Below, piece by piece: positions 53,252-63,466 of a stretch of 64,000 nucleotides of DNA. A model generated the notes under the pieces. The model saw nothing but the letters and a program-made list of their open reading frames with translations, was not told the DNA's origin and made no database searches. The translations under genes were made by a program, and so were the position numbers. This DNA comes from Basidiobolus meristosporus CBS 931.73 (lineage: Eukaryota > Fungi > Basidiobolomycota): positions 1 to 64,000 of the forward strand of contig MCFE01000106.1 of NCBI GenBank assembly GCA_002104905.1. Reading direction: 5' to 3'. Each line of letters starts with the position of its first letter. Position 1 is the first letter of the stretch.

Positions 53252-54322
53252 TGTGGTGGTGTATAGGTCCAAGGGAGAGATACGTCCAATACTTCTCAAG
53301 TGTTTTGTGTGTGGGGTGTTCACTGGGTGCAATAACCTCTGGCAAAAGCTTGCTAGGAATACTTGGGTTCTGTCTCTAATCTAATGTGAAGGGGAATAAA
53401 GCCACAAGCTTGTCAAGGGAAAGCTATTGATCTACAATCCCCAACTTAGTTGGCGTCTTAACAAAAGTATGTGCCGGGTTCAGCGTCCTTTGAGATGACA
53501 ATGTACTAAAGCTTCCAAAGTCAAAACAACTGTAAACTCCACCAGCAGGGACTTGATAAGAATGCAGCTGTGGTCAATAGTTACAAAGACAGAAAAGGAT
53601 CTTTGCCTGTACAAGAACAAACTTGGGAAAGAATCAAATATAATAAAAGATACCTACTCTGAGTATTCCTTACAAGTAGTGCCTCCAAGGTCAGTTGGCT
53701 GTCAGCGGGGTTTCCTGGGAGTGTCCTGTGGTCTGGGGTTGGAAGTTCAGGTAGCAGCAGGTAGCAGTGATCACACTAATCAACAAGTCGGTATATTGAT
53801 AAAAGGGATGATGATTTATTGTTGAGGGATAGCCTCCCTTATATACTATTCTTACTGGCTAAGTGATTACTAATCATGGTGTTCCAGAAGGTTCTGGATA
53901 TCAATAGAAATCTTAATGACATCAGAATGACCTAAGAATGTTCTAAGTAGGTGCCGGAAGGCTCTAGGAGGCACAGCACATCCAACTAAGCAGGAATCAG
54001 TATTCTGAAACCTGTGTAACATGGGGATACCATATATGGTATGGAAATGGTAGGGATGGTGACATGGGTTGATCATGTGTCATGGGTACTGGCGCGGGTA
54101 CTGGCCTAATATAGAAGTACTTATAGCTAGTAATCTTACATAAAGTGAGGGGTAACTTATGCAATAAGGTAAGCAGGTGTGATAGTCAACTGGCTTATGG
54201 GATAGTACTGATTGGGTAAAACAAATGGGATAAAACTAAAATAAGTGTAGTAGAGATATAGGGAAGTAGAAAATAAGGGAATGAGCACATCTGTCAGTGG
54301 GTGTCACTGTCACCCCACTACA
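53252..54322. repeat. 1071-bp solo LTR of an unrelated LTR element inserted in the gypsy integrase
   Basis: Splits LPTTRKCNR|ILVAIDHATKW; termini TGTGGTGG...CCACTACA (TG..CA with short inverted repeat); 4-bp flanks GTGG/GCGG differ by one CpG transition. Confidence 0.75.
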
Positions 54323-56148
54323 GCGGTTGCATTTCCTGGTGGTTGGGAGTCTTCCAATAAAGTCAACTCCCCATCTCTCAAATGGTCTTCCAGGCTCCAA
54401 AGGGAAGAGGTCAGCAATTCTTTGTGGCTGGCCTTGATTGATTTGGCAGTTTGGGCATGTTTTCATTAACTTCTCAATATCCTGTTTCATTCTGGGCCAC
54501 CATGCTCTGGCTTTCACAAGGCTATAGGTTCCTTCAATCCCAAGATGTCCATATCCATTGTGTAGCTTATGTATTAAATCCAGGCAAGCAACATAAGGAC
54601 AATAGGCAATAGGGCTTCCATCAACAATTTGGTAGAGTGTTTCATCCTGTATAACAAATTTGCTGGCTTCATCCTGGATTATCTTCTTGATATCTTCATC
54701 CACCTCATTAGGAATGGCTTGGTCCTTCAAGTACTTTGGTAATAGGCTAGGCCAATCTGATTCATGCACCAAGTTGAGTTGTGCAACTTAATCTAATCTT
54801 GATAAGGCATCGGCAACTGTGTTGTTTTTTCCAGGGCAGTAGACAATCTCCAAGTCTAATTGCTGAATGTATTCACTTCATCTTGTCACTCTTCTAGAGA
54901 GTACCTTCTGAGTAAATCTATACTTGAGGGAGGCATGATCAGTCTTCACAGTGCGTTTGACTCCTTCAATATAGCATCTCCATGTCTTCAAACAGTGTAT
55001 TACAGCAAGCATCTCCTTGTCATGGACTGGATAGTTTTGTTCTGCTGAGTTCAGTTTCTTGGATTCAAAGGCAACAGGGTAGTCCTTTCCCTTATGTTCT
55101 TGGCTCAGCACTCCACCAATTGCATAATCTGAACCATCTGTGCACAGAGTGAACTCTTTTCTGAAGTCTGGTATTCTTAAGCTTGGCAGCTTAGCAAGTT
55201 CATTCTTGAGCGTCTGGAAGGCAGTCTAATAAGCTATGTCCCACTTGTTGGTATTGTCTTTCTTGAGGCTATCAGTTAAAGGGGCAGCAATACTTGCAAA
55301 CAACTTGACAAATCTCCAATGATAGGAAACCATTTCAAGGAATGATCTGAGCTCTGATATGCTATGGGGCTGCTTCAGATTCTTGATTACTTCCACCTTC
55401 TTAGGGTCTGAGGTTACTCCTGTGCTAGTCACTATGTGTCCCAAATATTCAATGTGTTCCTTGAAGAATTCACAATTGGGTAGCTTGCCATAAAGCTTGT
55501 TCTCTCTTAGCTCTTCAAGACCTTTTCAATGTGCACCAAGTGATCCTCTTCTGTCTTGCTGTATATCAGTGTATCATCTAGGTAGATTATGACAAACTTG
55601 TCTAAGTACTACTGGAAGACAGTCTGCATCAGGGTCATGAAAGTTGCAGGGGCTTTGGTGAGGCCAAAACTCATGACTAAGAACTTGTAATGTCCAAATC
55701 TGGTCCTGAATGCTATCTTAGGGATGTCTTCTGGCTTCACCCTAATCTGGTTGTATCCTGACATGAGGTCAATCTTGCTGAAAATAGTGGCTCCAATGAG
55801 TTAAGCCAAGAGCTCAACAATCTAAGGTATGGGGTACTTATACTTCATGGTAACTGAGTTGAGGGCTCTGTAGTCAATGCACATCCTAAGTGTTCCATCC
55901 TTCTTCTTCACAAAAAGTACTGGTGCTCCCCAAGGTGACTTGCTGGGTCTGATATATCCTTGCTCCAGTAACTGATCTATTTGTCTCTTCATCTCTTCCA
56001 ACTCCAATGGACTCATTCTGTAAGGTGTCTTACTCACTGGAGGGCTATCTCCTGTTTCAATGGCATGATCCACATCTCTGACTGGTGGTAGGCTTACAAG
56101 CTCTTCTGGAAATAAGTCTGAATACTCCTTCAAAAGAGTCTGGACCTT

Positions 56149-57528
56149 CTAGGGTACTGGAGTCAAGGAATCCTCCTGTAATACTGCCATGAGGAACATC
56201 TGGGTGCCTTTTCTTAGTGCTCTACAGAACTGTGTCTTGCTAAGCTCACTTGTCTCACACACACTGGAATTAACCAAGCTGAAATCCAGTCTGGCAGGTA
56301 ATAGCTCATAGGTCTTGTTGTCCTTCTGGATATGAGTAGCATGGGTTCTCCAGTTGATTGATGGATTACAACAAAATAGCCAGGTTTTCCCAAGTACAAG
56401 GTCAAACTTGCAGTTCCTAAATATATAGGCCTGTAGATCTTCTTCATAGTCATTGATCTTCATCCTTACTGGCTGAGTAATATGGTTTATTATGTGAGAG
56501 TTCCCATCAGCTGCTGAGACTGAAGTAGGTTTGGTAGGTTCTGAGTTGATTCCAGCTTTCAGAGCAACTTGCTCTGACATGTACTCATGCAATGCTCCTG
56601 AGTCAATCATGAACTTGGCAGGTACTCCATTAATTACACCATTCAAGTATAATAGCTTTCCTGAGCTTGAGGCCATCTGGGATAGGTATTCTTCTGTCAT
56701 GTGGAAGGTGAGTTCTGAGTCTTCTTCAAGTTCATTCTCCATATTACTATGCTCCATGGCCTCAATACGGTTAAAGGTTCTTGATGGCTGGTGTCCATTT
56801 CTTCTCTTAGGGCAGTACCTTGCAATATGTCCTTGCTGGTGGCAATTGAAGCAAAGTCCTTTCTTCTTACATTCTTCTGAGGTAGGATTCTTCTGCATAG
56901 CGTCTATTTCCATTGGCACTGCTTCTGATTGTCTTCTTTCATAGTGATTGTAGCCTCTATGATTAGTCATTGTTGGCTTCCCAACTCCAAACATAGCTGA
57001 GTCATAGTCAATGGCAATCTTGATGGCTTCTTTGATAGTCTGAGGTCTTTGATAATTCACTTCCTTACAAGTTCTTTCTTTCAACCCATCAATAAAGTAT
57101 TCTACTTGATCCAGAGGGTCCATTCTTTCAATTTGCCCAAGTAGACATCTACATTCAAAGATGTATTCTTGGACCATTCCTTTTTGTCTGAGTATCTTCA
57201 ACTTTCTTCTTAGTAGTGTCTGTTGGTGTGGGGGCTCAAAGGCATCCTGAATTTCCAACACAAACTCAACCCAGGTAGAGATTGTAGAGCATCCCATCAT
57301 AGTGGCTGACCCGCTCTTGTTGTGGTACCACTGCAAAGCTGCATCTGCCAGGTAAGAGGCTGCATAATGTAACTTGCTTTCTGGAGCAACTCCTTTAGCC
57401 TTGAAAGCTTCTTCAATCTGGAAGAGCCAAGTTCCCAGGTTTTCATTGACTCTATCATGGTACCGGTTGACCTTCACGCTAAAGTTGCTCTTGACAGGGT
57501 TTTGTTGGCTTTGAGCCATGGTAGTCAT
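56149..57528 (-). pseudogene. gypsy gag-protease, 459 codons open, in frame with RT across a single TAG
   Basis: Retrotransposon-gag domain, PMEID motif, CCHC knuckle, aspartic protease. Confidence 0.9.
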
Positions 57529-59512
57529 TCCTTGTTACTGCTGGTCCAGGACTTGTTGCATAGCATTCTTCCATTCTTGAGCTTGCAACATCTTGAGGGA
57601 GGCTTCTTCTTTCTTCAGGAGGGATGTTTCTGGTTATTGCTGCTACCAATTTTACAAGTATTGGTATAAGAGTTGTAGAGGAATAGGGAGTTTAGCTAGT
57701 ATTGTATTCACTAAAACTTGAACTGATTTTTATTGAGGTTCCAGCAGCTCCTTATATACATTTTGCCAGATTATTTGCTGACTAATTGTATTTCCTAATG
57801 TAGGCTGTGGCTGATGACTCATTTGATTGCATCATCATCACCCAATTAGATCCTACTTGATATAACTATTTCTGTCTGATAAGGATCTGCTAATTCATCT
57901 GCTGACTAATACTACTGATTTGATAGATAGAACTGATGTACTGATAGGCTAAGCATAAAACTAATTGATTTAACTAAAAACTGATCTAACTTAAACATTC
58001 AAGCGGTAGATCATAACACTCTTATATCTGACTTTCCTCTGTATTTACCTGCCAATATGATGTATCTCTTCAGATATCCAAATGTATACTCTATCCTCAC
58101 TCTGAAATGAATAAACATCTCATTGTAGAGCTTTTACTTTCTGCTAAGAACACCATTCCTTGGCCTCCTATAAGCAGTAATACATCATAATCTCTGACAA
58201 TCCTCTGCTGTAAAAGCTAAGTCTGCCATGCATTTCTTCCCTGAACTGAATTCTGGATGATTCTCTACCTAGAGTGCTTTGTCATGCCTACTTCCTGCAA
58301 ATGGCACACTAAACCAGACAAAGTCACCCTCAATATCAGACAGTGCTTGAAACTTTACACAGTATGCCTTGTACTTGCTAGAATAGAAGTACCTCTGCCC
58401 TCTAGAAAGTCTATAAATCCTGACTGGTAAGGTATCCAAAATACTCCTTATATGGAACCTGTTGCTGAGCACTTGGGGATATGGAAGTCTATTAGAGCTT
58501 CTGAACATAGTATTCCAAGCTTGCTCTAAGGCATTCATACCCTCTGCAAGGTGGTTCTCCATTGCTGTCAGCTGGAAATGAAAGCTTCTAGGACTTTTGT
58601 AGCCATGGATGGTGGGATGAAACCTTATAGGGCAATAGTTCTTGTAGTAGCTGAAAGGTTAAAAAGGGACCTCCTTGAGTAGACTGGGGCAGATGGTCCA
58701 CAGTACTTGATATAGATCTCCTCTAATGTGTCAAAAGGAAATTCAGTGATAGTGATGGGATTGATGGGAAAACACCATTCCAATGAGTAGGTCAAATTAT
58801 AACTGGTAGGTGATTGGTCTGAGGCAATTTGAATTGATTTGGTGCAATCAACTTTAGTTATCTGATCTTCCATGCATTATGACTAAATCTCCATCAATTG
58901 CCATATATCCCATCAATATGTTGCAAAAATCATGCTCAAACAATGACCTAGTAATTTTATCAATGCTTTACGCAGAAGTCAATAATCAAATAGGAAATCT
59001 GCAATTGATGTGATCTGCTCTGTGTCAATGCAATTTGCACAGTACAGGCCAGATGCATCTGTTTTTGCTTCAACTTTGGGAATCAAACAGACTTTGAATG
59101 AGTTTTTGCCACAAATGACTAACAAGCTACACAATATATTAGGAGAGCTAAGTGGCTTCCAAGAGCAACATACACAAGACTCAGCCAGACAACAGTTCCA
59201 AAGTATTAGACAGAGGGTAAGTCAATACCTTGAGAAATCCAGATTGCACCAGCATGCCTGGCTGGATTCCTTACTATCCTTTGCCACTTCAGCATGCCAG
59301 TGCATGTCAGTCTAAGCTACAACAACACCCTTCACAAGAGCACCCTGCATTAAGTCAGTGGGTGTTGGGTCAATGTGCATGCTTTAGAGCAAAACCACCA
59401 GAACTTGCCAACCTGCTCATCTGGACACAAGTCCATTGAAGTGGGCCAAGTCACATCCACAAGCAGCATCACTTCAACCCCAGCCAGGGGTTATGCCAAC
59501 ACATCAAGTTGC

Positions 59513-59646
59513 ACCTGCATATGCTGTTACTCCTGATCATTAGCAAGTTACCTCTGCTGAACTAACTGATGATGACCTGCATATGCTGTTACTCCTGAGC
59601 ATCAGCAAATTACTTCTGGTGAACTGTCTGATAATGACCTGCATGA
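59513..59646 (+). repeat. About 2.2 copies of a 62-bp tandem repeat inside the putative ORF2 region of PHIS copy 2
   Basis: ACCTGCAT recurs at 59513, 59575 and 59637; the units ACCTGCATATGCTGTTACTCCTGA.CAT.AGCAA.TTAC.TCTG.TGAACT are highly similar. Confidence 0.8.
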
Positions 59647-60382
59647 AGTGCCTCCACAACCAGAGCCTTTGGCAAGTAAAAGAACATGTCAGCATGTAGC
59701 ACTGCAGGCTGGTTCAGTAGCATCATCCAGAGCAGTTAAGTGTGGCCAAGCTGCAGCATTGCACTCATCAACTAGGAGGCAAAATACTGACAACAAATAC
59801 ACAATTAGCCAAGATGATAGTCAGCAAGGAAGTAGTTTGGGTGTGCAAAGTGAATCACTACAAAACACTTCAGTAGTAATACCTATGAGAAAAAAGCTAG
59901 GAGAAGATGATGCAATTACATCAAATTGCTATTATTCATCATCATCCAAACAACACATTTTTTTTGCAATCCAAATTGAGCCGTTGTAAATCAGTGATCA
60001 CTAAAATTTGATATAAGTAATACCATGGTTGTCTTATATTTGAGACAGAACCCCTATAAATAAGCACCCTGCATATATCATCTGTAACACCAGTGCAGCC
60101 ATTTGATCTGTATTGCACCTACCCAATTGGGTGTGTGCTAGCTATGACACCTTGTCCAATCATTGAGATCAGGGATTTACTTGCTCAATGAGAAAAATGG
60201 GATATTTGATGGCAAATCAGGTAGCTTGTGTATTGGTCAAAGAGCCAATTGGGGGCAGAAAGCTTCAAGATATTTTTGGACCAATTAACCATTGAGATAC
60301 CAGCCAATTGGAGTGATGGTAGCCAAAATGGTAAGTATCAGTGTACTTTATAGTGTGATATGCATTTACTTCAATTTATATT

Positions 60383-63030
60383 AGACTTGTTCCATTACAA
60401 TGTGCCAGAGTGCATGGCACAATCCGCAGTATTAAGAACAATTGGGTGCAATATTATAGCTACCAGTAGGCAGGATTGTTCTTGGACAATTTTGCACAAT
60501 GTGGGACAATCTTGCATGCTATGGGACAATCTGACACAATGAGGTTGGCATGGATGAATGTGCCAACTTGTAATGTTTGCATCATGTGCGCAATTGGATA
60601 CTGCCATTATGGTGGGTAAAATCCATTATTTGGATATGATTCTTTGATGTAAATGGAAATGAATGCATATCACACTATAGACTACACTAATGCCTACCAT
60701 TTTGGTGACCATCACTCCAATTGGATGGTATCTCAATGGTTAATTGGTCCAAAAGTATTCTGAAGCTGTCAGCCCCCAATTGGCTCTTTGACCAATACAC
60801 AAGCTACCTGATTTGTCATCAAATATCCCATTTTGCCCATTGGGCAAGTAAATCCCTGATCCTAGTAATTGGCAAGGTGTCATAGCTTGAATGCAACCAA
60901 TTGAATAGGTGCAAATCAGACCAAATGGTTGCACTTGTGTAACTGATGATGTATATATATGCAGGGTGGTAATATATAGCGGTTCTGTCTCATATGTGAG
61001 ACAACCTTGATATTACTTTTATCAAATTTTAGTGATCACTGATTTATAATGGCTCAATTTGGATTGCAAAAAAAATGTGTTGTTGGATAATGATGTATAG
61101 TAGCAATTCAATGTGATTGCATCATCTTCTGATAGGTTTTTTTCTTACAGGGATTACTACTGAAGCATTTGGTAGTGATTCACTTTTCACACCTAAACTA
61201 CTTCCTTGTTGACTATCCTTCTGACTACTTGTGTTATTGTAGTTAGTATTTTGCCCCCTAGTGATGCTGCTTGTTAACGTAACTTGGCCCACTCCAATGG
61301 ACTTGTGTCTAAATGAGCAGTTTGGCATGTTCTGGTAGTTTTGCTCTGACACACTCAAGTTAACCTGATACACAATGACTCGATGTAGGATGCTCTTGTG
61401 AAGGGTGCTGGTGTAGTTTGCACTGATGTGCGTTAGTGCACTGAAGTGGCAAGGGATGGTAAGGAAATCAGTGGTGCATGCTGGCACAATCTAGACACTG
61501 TTGCTTCTGGTATGTATTCTTCCTCTTGAAGCTCACCATCAGATTCCTCAAGGCATCAACTTACCCTATGTCTGATTCTTTGTAACTGATGCCTGGATGA
61601 GTTCTATGTATATTGCTCTTGGAAGCCACTTAGCTCTACTAATATATCACATAATACATTAGGCATTTGAGTCAAAAACTCATGCAAAATCTCTTGGATT
61701 CCCAAAGTTAAGGCACAAAAAGACACATCTGGCCTGTACTGTGCAGATTGTGCTGACACAGAGCAGATCACATCAATTCCAGATTTCCTATTTGATTATA
61801 GACTTGTGTGTAAAGCATTGATTAAAACACAAGTCATTGTTTAAGAATGATTTTTACAACATAATGATGGGATACATGGCAATTGATGGAGATTTAATCA
61901 TACTGCATGGAAAATCAGATAACTAAAGTTGATTGCACCAAACCAATTCAAATTGCCTCAGACCAATCACCTACCAATTTTAATTTGACCAACTCATTGG
62001 AATGGTCTTTTATCATCAATCCTATCACTACCACTGGATTTCCTTTTGACACACTAGAGGAGATCTATTCTAAGTACTGTGGACCATATACCCCACTCTA
62101 CTCAAGGAGATCCCCTGTTAAGCTTCTCTACAACTATATGAACCATTACCCTATAAGGTTTCATCGCACTATCCATGGCAGCAAAAGTCCTCAAAGCTTT
62201 TATTCCCAGCTGACAGCAATGGAGAACCACCTTGCAGAGGGTATGAATGCCTCAGAGCAAGCTTGGAATACTAGGTTCAGAAGCTTCAATAGACTTCCAT
62301 ATCCCAGAGTGTTCAGCCACAGGTTCCATATAAGTAGTATTTGTACACCTTCCCAGTCAGGATTAACAGACCTTCTAGAGGGCAAAGGCACCTTTATTCT
62401 GGCAAGTAAAAGGCACACTGTGTAGAGTTTCAAGCACTGTCTGACACTGAGGGTAATATCATCTGGTTTAGCAGGTCATTTGCAGGAAGTAGGCATGACA
62501 AAGCACTCTAGGTAGAGAATCATCCAGAATTCAGCTCAGGGGAGAAATGCATGGCAGACTTAGCTTTTACAGCAGAGGATTGTCAGAGATTAGGATGTAT
62601 TACTGCTTATAGGAAGCCAAGGAATGTTGTGCTTAGCAGGAAGCACAAGCTCTACAATGAGATATTTATTCATTTCAGAGTGAGGGTAGAGCATACATTT
62701 GGATATTGGAAGAGATTTGCCTATTGGCTGGTAAATACAGAGGAAAGTCAGATATAAGAGAAAACAGCAGAATAGGTATAATAGTTAAGATACTTATCAA
62801 TGCACAGTATATTCATGCATGAAGACATCTACTCAGAGAAATGTGTCTGGAGCATTATGAAGAGTATATATATCAAAAAAAGCACTATTCTGAGCAACAT
62901 AAGTAAGATTAAATAATATTATCAGTAAAAATATCCTACCACTGGCATTATGGTAGAAAATATAGTGCCAGATTATTCTGGCACTATAAACAGGCTGGCA
63001 CTAGGGAGCACTATCCAACAGAACAAGTCT
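60383..63030 (+). mobile_element. PHIS transposon copy 3, both ends intact (2648 bp), coding regions degenerate
   Basis: 10-bp TIRs AGACTTGTTC / GAACAAGTCT; TSD ATT at 60380-60382 and 63031-63033; transposase remnant 61907-62830 on +; divergent ORF2-like region on -; subterminal GTGCC/GGCAC motif arrays. Confidence 0.9.
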
Positions 63031-63466
63031 ATTATAGAAAGATATTCAAACACCCATTTTTATCTGCCATAATAGCGGTATCTAGACCTGCACATGATGC
63101 AAACATTACAAGTTGGCGCAAACATCTGTGCCAACCTCATTGTGTCAGATTGTGCCATAGTGAGCAAGATTGTCCCATATAGTGCAAAATTGTCCAAGAG
63201 CAACCCTGCCTACTGGTATCTAAGATATCACACTTAATTGTTGTTGATAACCATGGACTGTGCCACATGCCCTGGCATGGCATGATTGAACAAGTCTTTT
63301 TCCTAACAACAACTAGTTGCTGGTTACACCCAACCCAACTTTGCATTACTTAGCTGATTACTCATGTATTGGAGCTGCTTAGCTTCTTAATGCCATAGGC
63401 ATAGATGTCTCCATGTGCACATTTGTCCTCAGTATTTTTCAACTCTTCCTGGCTGTACCTCATATG

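Larger units (their letters stand above)
52035..58018 (-). mobile_element. Full-length Ty3/gypsy LTR retrotransposon (no chromodomain seen)
   Basis: 369-bp LTRs 52035-52403 and 57650-58018 (11 mismatches by hand count); 4-bp TSD CTCT; PBS TGGTAGCAG (57640-57648, tRNA-iMet type); PPT AGTGGGGGAGAA next to the 3' LTR; gag with CCHC (CFNCHQQGHIARYC); protease (FMIDSGA); RT (DYRALN, YLDD); RNase H (AFESKKL, DHASL); integrase (WGVDFIG, SDRG, YHPRTNGVTERF). Confidence 0.95.
51741..63297 (-). mobile_element. PHIS transposon copy 2 (host element), interrupted by the gypsy element and by copy 3
   Basis: Own segments are 51741-52034, 58019-60382 and 63034-63297. Left end TGAGTTGCTC is a decayed TIR; right end GAACAAGTCT at 63288-63297. 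The junction sequences rejoin collinearly with copy 3. Confidence 0.8.

Noticed and set aside
56149-56151. In-frame TAG between gypsy protease and RT as programmed readthrough
   Set aside because: Similar CAG/CAA>TAG/TAA stops occur throughout the element (55801, 57535), so a C>T nonsense mutation is the simpler explanation.
60383-63297. Alternative reading as a single element with 270-bp long TIRs
   Set aside because: The ATT duplication at 60380 and 63031 and the seamless rejoining of 60379 with 63034 show a nested insertion instead.
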